DNA of 64,000 bases, taken from Octopus vulgaris (Eukaryota). The stretch is taken from positions 1,488,001 through 1,552,000 of the forward strand of contig OX597837.1 in the NCBI GenBank assembly GCA_951406725.2. The letters are read 5' to 3'. This document shows, piece by piece, positions 38,001-53,451 of the stretch. The notes under the pieces are model-generated. The model saw only the letters and a list, made by a program, of their open reading frames with translations. It searched no databases and was not told the origin of the DNA. Both the position numbers and the translations under genes were made by a program. How positions within the stretch are numbered: position 1 is the stretch's first letter; each line of letters begins with the position of its first letter.

Positions 38001-39184
38001 CGTCGGTTACGACGACGAGTGTTCCAGCTGATCCGATCAACGGAATGGCGTGCTCGCGATATCAGTGTGCAAGTGGCTGAGTACTCCACAGACACGAGAA
38101 TCGCCTTAACATAGTTCTGAAAGAAATTCAGCGTGTCACATAATTTGACAAGTCTGCCCCTTTGAATTACAGGTATTACTCACTTTTGGCAGCTGAGTGA
38201 CCTGGGGTAACGGAAAACAGACAACAAGAATAACAACGACAAAGAGACCCCCCCCCGGCTAATAAACAGATCAACAGCAGTAAGCAAAAGGAAGGCAAAC
38301 AATACGAGCAACAACAACGAGTTCCTCCATTTCTAGCGACTGAATAACGTTGGTCTGAACAAAACTTAACCCCAATGAGACAGTGATGATGGATCTTCGT
38401 CGCTATCGACGATGAGTGTTAAACTGTTCGATCGAGTGAATTATCCCATCATTGATAATATTTAGATATGTACATGTACACACACACACACACACACGAA
38501 CATACATACTTGTTTAATTAAATATATACACATTCTAGTGCACTCTTATATGTATGCAAACACTCATACACACACATGTATATATATGCATACAGACAAA
38601 TGCATGAATATATGTACTCACATATGTGCACATACACGCATGCCTACTAGACACGCATATACAAATAATCATGTATACAAATACTATACAAGCGCATGTA
38701 TAAACACAAACATACATATGTACTTTCCACCTACACATACGTCTATGCAGTCACATGACACGTGACGTACCAGCACCCACTCCCACTTTTGATTCTCCCT
38801 CCCCTTCATTCCTTCCTCCTACTTCTTTCATATCGTCAAGCCTCCCCTCCCCCGTCTCATCTCATTATCGCTGCCCGTCGTTCACCAAGTCGAAAGAGTA
38901 GTGGTGGGAGGTTAGAGCAAACGTTCTCTTCAATTAGACATTTTGGCAAATCATGCCGGGAAACAAATCCTATCAATTTTGATAATGTTAGAGATGCTGC
39001 TGCTACTGATGATGATGCTGATACTGAGGAGGACAAAAATAACAAGAATGATGAAAATGATAGTGATGTGACTGATGATGATGATAATGGTCTTGATGTT
39101 TACATTGATGATGATGATGATGACGCAGCTGGTGACATTGTTAATATCGTTTCATTATGATATCGATTACTACTGACAGTCACA

Positions 39185-39214
<30 letters not shown>

Positions 39215-39215
<1 letters not shown>

Positions 39216-39540
39216 GAGCTCTGTTGGTTGCGACGAGGAGGAGTCCAATTGATCCGATCAACAGAATAACTTGCTGGTGAAATTAACGTGCAAGTAGCTG
39301 AGCACCCCACAGACACGCGTACCCTTAACATAGTTCTCAGGGAGATTCCGTATGACACGGAATGTGACAAGGTTGACCCCTTTCGAAATGCATGTGCTAC
39401 TTATCTTTGCCATGTGAGTGATCTGGAGCAACGTGAAATAAAGCATCTTGCTCAAGGACACAATGTGCCACCGTGATTTGAACGTATGACCTGATGATCT
39501 TGAGCCAAATACCCTGACCACAGAATCGCGCGCCTTCACC
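39215..39540 (-). mobile_element. Family-C SINE, alternative tail
   Basis: Same head type (gtgaaggcgcgcg...ttgtgtccttgagcaag...tttcacgttgctccag) with tail gtgtctgtgg.gtgctcagc.acttgcacgttaatttc...gttgatcggatcaa. Related copies at 31630-31880 (+), 41158-41480 (+) and 37995-38210 (-). Confidence 0.75.
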
Positions 39541-39546
39541 CCATAG

Positions 39547-39583
<37 letters not shown>

Positions 39584-41774
39584 GGTAAATTAAAAAAAAA
39601 CAATATAAATAAATATATATATATGGTAAATTAAAAAAAAACAATTTAAATAAACAAATAAAAACGGACAACATGAGGACGCGCACAAGAAATGTATTAG
39701 CATGACGCTCGGTGAAAGGAGAGAGTTTGACGTTTCGAGCAAGCTCTTCGTCGGAAGGGAGGAAGAGAAAAGTCCACAGCAGGAGAAGAAATTGCCAACT
39801 GTAGTGTGTAGTTTGCATACAAAGAGAGGGAGACAGACACAGTGTCCTTATTGTGTGTGCATAGATAGATAGATAGATAGATAGATAGGTAAACAAATGA
39901 AGGTGCGTTGTGCTGTAGAATACGCAAAATGATAATTATACGTATACAGTACCAATAAAATACAATAGAAACAGAAACGCCTTTTCGGCTATCAAGACAA
40001 ACGTATTGAGTTAGCACCAAGAACTGGAAAATGTCCTTGACAGGCGGAATGCAAACGTGTCTTATTAGGTCAGCAGCGGACGGAAAAAGAAGGATACACT
40101 TAGACTGGACACGTATTCATTGTACAGCCGTAAGGCATTTTCTGTTGTATATGTTCCATTTTTTGTATGTTATATCTTATTTCTTATTGTACACGCAATG
40201 TTATTTTGTCCTGTCCTCGTACGCATTCGCCAGTTTTTTATTCCTGTAGCTCTATGCTCTGGCGCTCCCGTTAGGTAACAGTGACCTTAGTGTTAAATAG
40301 CGCGAAACCACTAAGACGTCTCGGAAACCAACTCATGAGAAAATCAGCCGCGAGTGTTCCTTGTATTGTGTTTTTGTCTCCCCTTTTCTGTCTGTTATAT
40401 TTTCACCCAGTTTTCGTCTATTTTTCCCTCTTCTAACTTTTGAAATATATAAGTGAGAGAGAGAATGCCTCATCGTCGTAACCGATAGAGTGCTGCCTCT
40501 TGTTGTTTTTACTGTTGTGCTGTTGATGTCGTGGATATTTCGATCCAGTTCAGCTACGACCGAGCAGCAAATCGATGATTAAACCGTGTTCCAGACTTGA
40601 CAATGCTGCCTTTGAAAGGATTTAGGATTACATTGGTTAATGTATCCCATCATTTGTTTTGTTTTTTGTTTTTTTCGATGGTAGATAATGATGTGAAGGT
40701 ATTCGGTTCTTCCTGGCGTCGGCCTGTTTACGTCCCCGTAAATTAGCGATTCGGTAAAAGCTACCGTTTGAATAAGTATGAAACCTAAAAAAATAAAAGA
40801 AGTACTGAGATCGATTTGTTTGATAAAACATTTCCGTACGGTGCTCCAGCACGACCGCAATTCAATGACAGAAGATAGTAAAAGATAAGGAGTTATTTGA
40901 TCGACTCGGAAAGGATGAAACTCAAAGGTCAGTTCAGCTAAATTTGAACCTAAAATTTAAAGCACCGTGGCTAAACATGGCAAACACTATTTGTCTGACT
41001 CGCTAACCACCTTGCCAACCGACACTTCTTATATTTAGAAATGCTTTTAAATGTAAAAGACAAAGCCAGGAAGTTTGAAATATTAGCGCGGGGTGGGAGA
41101 GTGACAGCCGATTCTAAGAACCCATGTACTTCAATGATACTCTATTCTTTCGACTCAGTGAAGGAGCCTGACTACGTGGTTAGGAGTATTCGGCTCATGA
41201 ATGCAATGTCATGAGTTCGATAATCTGTGGTACGTTGAAGCCTTAAGCAAGACACTTTATTTCCTGATGGTCCAGTCCACTCAGCTGGCAAAAATGAGTT
41301 GTACGTGTAATGGAAAAGAGCCAGACTTGTCATATTCTGTGTCATGCTGAATCTCCCTGAAAACTACGTGAAGGGTACGGGTGTCTGTGGAGTGCTCAGC
41401 CACCTGTACGTTAAATACACGACCAAACTGTTCCGTTGATCGGATCAACTGGAACCCGTATCGTCGCAACTGACAAAATGGTAGTATTCTACCGACTCAG
41501 AAAAATTGAAATGAAAATTTACTTTACCGCGATTCGAACTCAGAATGTAGAGAGTAATAGTTGTTAAGCAATACTCTGACGACTCTACCATCTACCGCCT
41601 TTAAGTCATTCACTAACGAGAAGAAAGTGTGTCGCTGTTTCCAAGCCTCATGAAAAACATTTGGACGCGGGTGTAATCAGCAAATGTCGTAAAGAGCGAT
41701 GGCGTAATTGAGTAGTTATAACAGTAATAGAGTGATCCATTATAAAGTGTAGTCCTGTCTGCAGTCCTGTATAC

Positions 41775-41817
<43 letters not shown>

Positions 41818-42419
41818 CTTTTAAATAATAGTAAAGTAACAAAAACGCTGCAGTGTGTAGAAAATGTTTTGTCAGACTAACACAAGGATAACAAATCATT
41901 TATTAGGTTTTAATAAATGTTTAAATAACGATATATTTCCATAAGTTTACTAATTAAACAAAAACACAGAATTGGTATGTATAGACACGTATTAATCACT
42001 TATGTATACGCATACACACTATCTGTACTCATACACACACGTATATATACGACGCACTCGCTGGTATGACCCTGTAGTAAGAAATTTGCTTTTTAAGTTA
42101 CATGGTTCCGGGTTCAGTCCCACTGCTTGGCAACTTGGGCGAGCGTCTTTTACTCTAGCCGCGGGCCATCAAAAATCTTGTGAGTGGATGTGGTAGACTG
42201 GAAGTGAAAGAAGTCTGTTGTGTATATATCTGTGTGTATTGACGGTTTGCAGCCGTTTATTCAACATGAGGAAATGGAACAACTATTTCATATATCTTCA
42301 TCTACCCCAACTCTGATGAGATTCGAATTTCGAATATTTTTTAATTCAATTAATTAATTTTTAGGAGAGTCTGAATTGAAGCAGCTGTAAGAGATGTTTG
42401 TCAATTTTTTAATTAATGA

Positions 42420-42625
42420 ATAATCTTTTCTGCTCTAGGCACAAGGCCCGAAATTTTTGGGGAGGGGGCCAGTCGATTAGATCGAGATCAGTACGCAACT
42501 GGTACTTAATTTATCGACGCCGAAAGGATTAAAGGCAAAGTTGACCTCGACGGAATTTGAACTCAGAACATAAAGACAGACGAAATATGGCTAAGCATTT
42601 CGCCCGGCTGACATTCCTGCCGCCT
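42420..42625 (-). mobile_element. Family-A SINE (short-tail type)
   Basis: Reverse complement of the same head, core and tail. Other minus copies at ~14740-14890, 49170-49410 and 62700-62860. Confidence 0.8.
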
Positions 42626-43782
42626 TTATTAATAATGATTTATTGACCGCAGTCAAATGACTGAAACAACTAAAAGAATATATATAGATAGACAGATATA
42701 TATGTACATGTTTCTGTGTGTAGTAAGGCTTCGTAACACATTATTGACATGTGTCTACACGGTATTGTGAGTATGGGCAACAACGACCTACTGGCATGTT
42801 CATAGTTTCAGGTGGATGATCTTTTACGTTTTGAGTTCGAGTTGAGGCAAGGTCTGTTTTGGTTGCCATCAGTCTTCCAACAGTGGCAGATGAGTACTGT
42901 TGTAGATGGTATTATTTGTACCTAGAATCCCCAACAAGCAAATCAATAGGTTCGAACATCGGTTGATCGATACCGCTCATGAATGAGTGATCGAGAAATT
43001 TACCAGAGTTCTGTTTTAATGCGCAGGATGAACTAATAATAATAATAATAATAAATAAGAATTTCAAATTTATGCACAGGGCCAGCTATTTCGAGGCCCA
43101 GCTACTTCTAGTTTATTTTCTCGGCCGCGGAAAGATAAAAGGTAAAGGTAACCGCGGTGGGATTTGAAGGCAATGAGCTGCGACAAATGATAGAAAACAT
43201 TTTTCTATCAATAAATTACCATTATAACTGGAAATAAATAATGGCGGTGCTCCAGCATGGCCGCAGTCAAATGACTGAAACAAGTAAAAGAGTAAAAGAG
43301 TAATGAGAGAGGGAGACTGAGTGACGGGGGGAGAAAGACAGATAGAGGGGGGGATGGAGGGAGGGAGAGAAGGGGAGCAACTGGGGCCAGGTTGTTTGAA
43401 ATGAGAAGACGTGGGCAAAACATTTAGTGTTCAGGATCAAATAAGTACAATTTACGGAGAGCTATGGCAGAGTTCTTTAAACAGCCGAGTAGCAAAATGG
43501 CTGACTGCACTGATTAATTCAAATAACATTTTAAGTAAAAAATATATTGTGGATTTATTAACATTCTTTATGATTTTCTATGGTAATTAGAGCACTTTAA
43601 AAGAGAGATGGAGAAAAAAGAGAGAAATAAAGAAAAAGAACTTAATATGATCAAAGAAAACTCGATATGTAGGATTAAAGCTAGTTTCCGGGATTGCTAT
43701 GTTCTCATTTATTTCTATGAATTAACATTCTTGGGTGACATAAATGTTTTACTCATGTCGATTCTTCACTTTATAAATATAT

Positions 43783-44110
<328 letters not shown>

Positions 44111-44131
44111 CGGTATTATTGTTTTCTTTCT

Positions 44132-44177
<46 letters not shown>

Positions 44178-44457
44178 TACACTCACACACGCTCACAAAC
44201 ACTTACATACGTATATTGAAACTCATACATGCGCACACACTCACATGTGTACATTAAAACGCATACACGCGCTAACACACATAGTACAGGTTAATCTTTG
44301 ATTTCTTGGAGAGTGAGGCTTTGAAAGAAAACCTAACAGATTCTTAATTATGCCAGGCACCCAGTTTCTTTGCATTGCAGAATTTATGGCAAAGATAAAT
44401 GGCACTTAGGAAAAAAAGCGGTAATGTTTACTGAAGAACACAAACGTATTTATGTAC

Positions 44458-44553
<96 letters not shown>

Positions 44554-44995
44554 AGCCGTGTCTCTGTATCTATGTAAATGTATGCATATGTATTGTGTGG
44601 TAAGGAAGCAAAAGGAAAAAAATAGTAAATGAAATTAAGACGCTATAAAACCAAACAATGAAGAATATTTTCTTTCGTTGCTTCGAATTTGGCGTTGCTG
44701 CAAGAACAATATATGGTAAAACATTAACAGGTAATAAGAGAGTTACTTTTATTATCTACCGCCTTCGAAGTCACCATTCACAATGACTCCGCTGTATTGT
44801 TGTCGTTAAATTTATTTCCACTTGCCAAATTGCTTTTCCTTGTCTTTCCTACATGCAGAATAACTTTGGTCAAAAGAATTCGTACACCTCCTTTCCATTC
44901 CAGACAACTTTTGTTTGTTTATATTAGCAAATTTCTTTATTTTTCCGCTCTCTTGTATTATACATGGCGTATTCTCTATTATTTTCTGCTACCTT

Positions 44996-45037
<42 letters not shown>

Positions 45038-45183
45038 GATCGTATGAAATTTGTTTCCCAACCACGTTGTTCTCTGTTCTGTTCCACTGCGTCACACCTT
45101 CGGCATGTATCTTCTTCTATGACCACTGGGTGACGAAAGGTCTTGTAAGAAGGAAACTGAAAGAAGTTCGTGGTGTGTGTATG

Positions 45184-45225
<42 letters not shown>

Positions 45226-46038
45226 TCCTGAGTGTGCTGTTTTGTCTGTCCCCGACCACGGCTTAACAACATGCTTTGGCTTGTTTAAGGATTTAAGGAT
45301 TCGCCGTAAGACACGTACCAGGCTGTAAAAGATTAGTACGAAGGTCGACTCGTTCGACTGAAACCCTTGAAGGTGGTTCCCTGGCAAGATCCCAGTCCAA
45401 TGACTGAAACCAGTGACAGACGATGTATATATATATGTGTATGTGTTTCTTTATTATCAGGGCTCTTACCAATATTCCTTCGCCATGACGTGACTATATT
45501 AATACAGTAGTATGTTCTAACCTACTTACGGCCATTTACGCTATGAGAAGGGAAGTAATTCAAATGGAACAAAAATGTATAAACATTTGGTGGATATGTT
45601 AAAGGCTGTGCCGAAGAAGTGTAACAGTGATTATTAACAGACGACACGGACGGGTTTTTTTGTAAATTAGAAAATTACTTTGAATAATTCTTCCATTTTG
45701 ATATTCAAAATGCCCGAAATAATGAATAAATAAATCAATGAAGTCGGGACGGTCCAGGATAAAATCGGCGTAGATCGTTGGTCGACTCGAACAGGACAGG
45801 CGAGATTGCTGACACAAACGCATTCGTGAAGCATCGTTTACGCACGTACGTTCGTGTATATACATTTATACATAGATATGTATATACGTATGTAATACTT
45901 GTCTATATATAAATACATCTAACTTGCTGATGTATATGATTGCCTTAATACATTTTTACATTGTACCCAAATGTACCACACACAGATATGCAAACGTATC
46001 AAATATATGTATGCACCCTTTACATGTAGAGAAACACA

Positions 46039-46097
<59 letters not shown>

Positions 46098-46209
46098 AGA
46101 GAGAGAGAGAGATACTTTCATTCATGTATACAAATGCATACATCATGTATATACGTAAAAGTAGACATGTATGTCATATGCGACATACATGTTTTAAAGT
46201 GACCCCTAG

Positions 46210-46390
46210 AGAAAGACTCTGACAAACTGGCGATTTTTCTCCTTTCATCGTTCTTTCCATTTGTACTTTCCTGTTTTTCCTCTTTCCGATGAAGAGCTAT
46301 GCTCGAAATATAAAACAACTACTCTCTTCTTTCTCCGAGCATCATTTTAATACATTGCTTGTGCTAGATCCTCATGTTTGTTTGTTTTTT
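46210..46390 (+). mobile_element. Short dispersed repeat carrying a minimal hammerhead-like motif (probably PLE-derived)
   Basis: tttCCGATGAagagc-tat-gctcGAAAtata at 46283-46312. Related copies on the - strand at 39655-39860 and ~48020-48100. Confidence 0.55.
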
Positions 46391-46641
46391 CTTTTGTCTT
46401 TTTCTCTGTCTTTTTTGAACTGACTACATATTTATCTATCTGTCTATCTATATATGCATACATACATACAGACACACATTTATACATACATATACAGATA
46501 TATACGTACACACACACGCATATATATGCATATACATATACATACAGACACATACACATACATATATATATATATATATACATACACATAGAAATACGTT
46601 CGGCTTACACTTGCACGTTACACACGTAACACGCGCGCACA

Positions 46642-46676
<35 letters not shown>

Positions 46677-46998
46677 CTACTGAAATACACATATGCACAC
46701 GCATACATATGCGTAATATATCAATACAGTCAACAGACATAAACGCACACACGCCGTACATAAGCAAATCTGCATGCTTCTAGCACAAACGGCCGCTATG
46801 ATCACCGGCCTCAATGCAAACACATATATACAGACACACACATGCACACATAACTGACATACATTCGTACAGGAGCTACTCATAAACATCCAGACATTAC
46901 ATGTAGCACATTTACAACAAATACATACATGACTTAATGTCATTTCTACATACAGAACCGCGCAACCACATACACAAAGCACACATGTACACACACAA

Positions 46999-47031
<33 letters not shown>

Positions 47032-47298
47032 CATATATAAACGTCTGGAAGCATTGATGCTGGCACTTCATAATGGTTATTATTTACTGTCATGTAGACT
47101 CTTCTATATTTGGCAAGCAGCAAAACTTAATTTCAAATCAATTAGCTATTACCGAGACAAACGTGTTAAGAGTTTGGCAGACTTTCTCAACAGCAGGCTT
47201 ACTTTCTTAATGAGATCGCCTTTCATATTGGCACTTTTTCTCTCCTTTTTTTTAACGCTTACGCTCTCTCTGTCCATCTCTCTCTCCCTTTCTGTCTG

Positions 47299-47334
<36 letters not shown>

Positions 47335-47492
47335 CCCACCATGCAAAACTACTAATTTGCAGGGACAATTGTTCTTTTGGACAGTTTCCCTAAACAGAAG
47401 GCTGCAGCTTCTTCCGTTCGGCATTTCCAGATTCATTTTATATTCTATTTCTCTCACTAACTACTCTCTATATCTATCCACACAAAGACACA

Positions 47493-47549
<57 letters not shown>

Positions 47550-47592
47550 ACACATATATATATATATACACGCATATATATGTGTACATGTA

Positions 47593-47652
<60 letters not shown>

Positions 47653-47934
47653 TATACGTAAGCCTCTATTATAGAGGTTCGGCAAAATTGACCGATAGAA
47701 AATTGTCATTTTTCAAAATATGTCGTGGAAAAAGTTTGTTCAACTAAAAGCTTCAAAGCTGTGTCCGAAAATGGTGGCAATCTAATGACTGAAACAAGTG
47801 AAAGGTAGATGTTACATCGCTTTCTAAGCTCAATCCAGTACTTTTTTTCCCTGCATTCTCCTCCACGCATCTTTACTATTATCGTAGATTCTTATGAATG
47901 GCCTTTTTTTTTAAATTCTGTTTCCGCATATATT

Positions 47935-47986
<52 letters not shown>

Positions 47987-48103
47987 CATACATAAGTATA
48001 TATACCTGTGTATGTATTCCAGGCGTAAGAATAAGAAGCAGGTGTAGAAGTTTAACGCTCGGGAAGAATGGAACATCCTTTTATATTTCGAGCCTACGCT
48101 ATG

Positions 48104-48135
<32 letters not shown>

Positions 48136-48385
48136 AACTTTATTCTTATATGTGTATTTTATTGTATATATTCTCATATACCATGTAGTTAGGGTTATAA
48201 TCCAAGTGGTATCCGAATGAAACACAACTGCACATTCCATTTCTCCGAAGTATATCCGTATGTTTTATGATACATAAGAGAGTTGAAGAGACCCGTATTA
48301 CTGCCATTTCCTATCCGATGAATTATAAGGCATTTTAGTCTCAACACACGCATTGGGTCATGTGCTTAGCGAATACACATGCGAA

Positions 48386-48419
<34 letters not shown>

Positions 48420-48860
48420 ACGTACACACACTCCTATTGCATAAATCTCTTTCGTCGCTGTGAGGCAAACCTCTGGAAAGCTACCAATTTCCCTTACAAA
48501 TATCATCAAAAGTTCAAGCAGAACACAAATGTCTTGGACATCTCTAAGTTCAGAGGTTATGACCTTACCAATGTACCTGGTCATGAGCAACAGCGAACCA
48601 GCCGGTGTGACGAAACAATTATACAATGCAAAGATATATATATACACATACATATACATATATATATACACATACATATACATATATACATACAAATATA
48701 CATATATAACATACATATATACATATATATACATACACATATATATATACATACATATATATACATATATACATACATATACATATATATATATATACAT
48801 ATATACACACACATCTACGTATATATATACACATACATATATACATACATGCATACACAC

Positions 48861-48901
<41 letters not shown>

Positions 48902-49588
48902 ATTGGATGAATGAATTATCCTTTATTTACCGTTAACATGGAAAATTTACTTATATATATATGTATGTATGTATGTGTGTGTGTACACATAAACACTTAT
49001 TTAAAGCACAAACAGTAGTATATACTTACTGCAAATACTGTGGGATGTATACGATGATTGTGATGATTGTAATGGTTGTCAGCCTCCTGAACAAAATGAT
49101 TATAACCGTTACCCTTCGATAAACAAGGCCACTAGTATTTGCTGCGGCAGCAATAACAACAATGGTTTCAAATTCTGGCACGATGCCAGCAATTTCGGGA
49201 TGAGAGTTAAGTCGATTACATCGACCCCGACCCCGAAGAGTTCGACTAGTTCTTATTTTATCGACCCCGAACGGAAGAAATACATAGCTGACCTATGTGG
49301 AAATTCAACCGAGAATGTAAAGGAAGGCCAAATACCTATTTCTTTTTAGGGAAGGCCAAATACCGCAAAACACTTTGTTCCGCGTGCGATCCATTCTGAC
49401 AGCTCGTCACATTAATAATAATAATCTCAATGAGAAGCATAACAATGAATTTATTACTATTAATAATAATCGTATTAACAGCAGTGATACTAACATTAAT
49501 AAGAACATCAAGATGAAACTAAACGTACTAGCGTAGTACTATTATTTGTGCAATAATTATAATGATTATGATGATGATGATGATGATG

Positions 49589-49640
<52 letters not shown>

Positions 49641-50087
49641 GAGTAATGATGACGATGGTGATATTAAAATAATGATAATAATAAAACACTTGAAATAATG
49701 ATTGATAATGGTGATAATAATATGAATAGTAATAATAATGAAATAATATTAATATCGATAATATATATATATGAATAATAAAAATAGTAATAATAATAAT
49801 GATAATAATAATGATATGAATAATAATAATAATAATAATAATAATAGTAATAATAATAATAATAATAATAATTGTACTAGTAATGGTATTGGTGCATAGC
49901 GAAAAGAAAAGAACTATATAAACAAAAAACAATCCCGACAGAAACTGATTCCATGCATGATTGCGCATGCGCGAAGAAAAACTTAATCAGTAAACATGTA
50001 ACAAAGAATAAAAACATATCAACAAATGAACAAAAATAGAAGAGCTAAACGAATGAGGAGGAGGAGAGGAAGAAGTGCCGGGTATAC

Positions 50088-50124
<37 letters not shown>

Positions 50125-50254
50125 CGTACATTATATATATACATATATAAATATATATGTATGTGTATATATGCATATATGTGCGTATATATATATATAT
50201 ATATATATATTGTATGTACGTGTATGTATTCGCATATATGCATATATGTAGGTG

Positions 50255-50289
<35 letters not shown>

Positions 50290-52504
50290 ATGTATGCATA
50301 TATATGTGTGTGCATGTATGCATATATATAGGTGCATATATATATGTGTATGCATACATATATATAAGTATGTGTATGTATGTATGCATATATGTATGTG
50401 TGTATATGTATGTATGTATTTATATATCTATATGTGTGTGTGTATGTAGAGAGACAGACAGACAGAATTAGAAAGGAAAAAAGGTGTGGGTATGATTAAA
50501 GAGTGAGCTTGTGAGACAAATAAGAACGAATAAACATTAATGAATAAAAAAAATGGTATCAAATAAAATAAAATACGCAAAAATGACATGGTGGGGTTTA
50601 TAGGGAAGCCCTTGATCTGTATTGACCAATCAGATTTGGTAGAGAGGAGAAACTCTTTTATGAAATGGTTTTGTGCTGTTTGGTTGGGTATGATGAGCTT
50701 TTTTTTGTGTTTGATTTTTCCGTTGCTTTTCTTTCATTTTTGTTTTTTGTTCAACAATTCGCCATTTTTCGCTCCTATTAATTTTCTCGACACAGCGATA
50801 TACTAGCAAATAAAGGAAAATGTTGAAAATGTAGGCGCCATTTTGAAAGTTGTTTATTTTGGGGTGAACAAAATGAGTGAAAATAATATACACCAACAAC
50901 AATAACACAAACTGTACAATAACAAGATGCAACATGTATTTTTTCATCACCCCCACCCCGTCCTATCCTAAACAACCATCAGAGCTAGCATCAGCGCAAT
51001 GGCAACAGCAAAAAAGAGTTGCAGTTACTACGTCTATCAATAAACATCATTACAATATCACTTTAAATTTCTATACTACTAATACCTAACTACAACATCT
51101 ACTGCACACGCAACCAGCACTGCAAAATCTACTGTAGTGATCTCTACACAGTAATAACCACTACCACCACAGCTGTCAACGTTACAATCATAACAAGCGC
51201 TTCGATCATAAAAATGATTATTGCAACTGCCATAGTTACTAAAAACCCATCACATCACTACAAAAATAACAGACACTACAACTGCTGTCTATACCATAAT
51301 AATTACTATTGTCAACGTAGTGGCCACTCGCAACATAAACGCCGTCAACTGCGAAAGTAGCGAAAGCAGAGCATTACAACTGTTACAGATACACCAACTA
51401 CAACCAATACCATAACAATCATTACAGGTACTAGAATTACTACCACTACTACTGTTATAAGTGTGCTGTTCCGTCATATGCTGCTATGGTAGCCGTTGAG
51501 TTCGTGGGTGAAAGTGTATGTCTTGGTCGGCGTAAAGTAAAAACACTTTTGAACGACAAAGTTTATTCCATCACAAACTTTTAACTGAGTTGGTCTTTTA
51601 CAAATAATAACAGCTTTAATTACATAGGAGATATTTATTGCTTCGGATTTACAAGTTAGCTGATATAGCAATCTCTGGCTGGTTCATAACAACTGGAAAA
51701 TAATTACGTTATATTCGTGTCGACAAAAATTCCTGCCTGCTACATGTCATCGGCAGGATGTGGCAATGAGAATAGAGAAACCGGGCGGCTGCCTCACCAT
51801 TCTACGGTTACCACCCAAAACCGCACTATGAGAAGGTTCTAGAAAATCGAATCCTACGATGGCTTGAAGGAGAGTGGTCGCTTAATAGACCAACCACGTG
51901 AAACTCTTGTGGTTTGATCGTGATGTCTGCTCGGCTACCTAGCGATTTGGTTTCGAATCACTGCTACACTGTGACAAAGAATACAGTTATCATCTATAGA
52001 GTACAATCAACATTTTCATGTCAGCCATTACAGATGCTGCAACTATCACCAACTCTGCAACAACCATTACAGACACTACAACTGCAATCAATACAACAAC
52101 GACTTAGAGCAAAGCAAACACTATAGCCGGCACTTATTACAACAATCATTGTAAACACTTAAGCTACTACCAATACTACAATTTCTGCTGCAACAAGCTG
52201 GAGTCATTGCCATGCCTATAAATTCTCACTGAAAATGCTACAGTTTCTGATATTTGTAAAACCGCAACAGGAGAGAATGACCATCGCTACGATAACCACT
52301 GAAGTTACTACCGTGACCACAAATAACACTGCAAAACTACAAGCGTGACAATAGTGTTCCCACTTACCCATGACGATCTGGAAACAAGTACTACTACAAC
52401 CGCTACTGTTGTTCGTCTTAATACGAGAATGATTCGGTTGTTAAAAAAAACATAAAAAACACAGAGTGAGAGAGGGCGATGCACATGTACACACACACAC
52501 TCAC

Positions 52505-52548
<44 letters not shown>

Positions 52549-52832
52549 TATGTATTTACACAGAGATACACATAAACACTGCTGGTGGAAAACCAGAACA
52601 AAAAGAGAAACTGTCGAGGATCACTATGACATGAGTAGCGTGAGAGTATTAGGGAGAGAGAAATTAAAAGAGAGATAGAATAGAAAAAGAGAGAAAGGAA
52701 AAAGAAAGGGAGGGGAGAAAGAGTGGAAATGAAAATAGAAGAGAAATGTGAAAGAAAATGACGTAGACGTAACGAGGGAAAGGGGGAAGAAGTAGAATTG
52801 GCAGAGGGTGAGAAGAGAGAAGAGGTGGAGTG

Positions 52833-52884
<52 letters not shown>

Positions 52885-53285
52885 ATGGAGAGAAAGAGAA
52901 AATGGCAGAGCACTGATTGGTGCATTTCCCTCTCCCTCACCCTCTTCTTCCCTCTCCGAAATTCGTTCCCCGTCCATCGCCCTCTCCGCCCCCCCCCCCC
53001 GTGTTGTAATTGTTTTTAGAATGGACGAAAAAGATGAGAGACTATCAAAGACGAATAAAAGGAAAGACAAAAGAGAAAACAAAGAAATAAAAGAGAATAA
53101 AAAAGAGAAAATGAGGAGGAAAAGAAAGACTTGTTTTCTTTTGTGTCAGCTAATTAAATTAACAAATATTGATTAATTTTAATTGATACATAGACACTCA
53201 CTTAAACACGAATACACAGAAATGATCTGGAATCGGACTACCGAGGTTCATGCGCGTCTATGTAGTATATAAACACATACATACA

Positions 53286-53335
<50 letters not shown>

Positions 53336-53352
53336 CATACATACATACATAC

Positions 53353-53383
<31 letters not shown>

Positions 53384-53415
53384 TTCAAATATTCATACAT
53401 ACATATATAAATGCG

Positions 53416-53451
<36 letters not shown>

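Noticed and set aside
38762-39160. 132-aa ORF with an acidic D-rich tail
   Set aside because: The acidic part is a degenerate (GAT)n tract; no domain or exon boundaries recognised.
42313-42340. ctgatgag...cgaa hammerhead-like words (also ~59660-59685 on the - strand)
   Set aside because: GAAA, the cleavage triplet and stems I/III are missing.
51482-51670. Solo-LTR-like segment with TG...CA ends; PBS-like tggcgctcccgttagg near 40260
   Set aside because: No matching TSD, second LTR or gag/pol sequence to support it.
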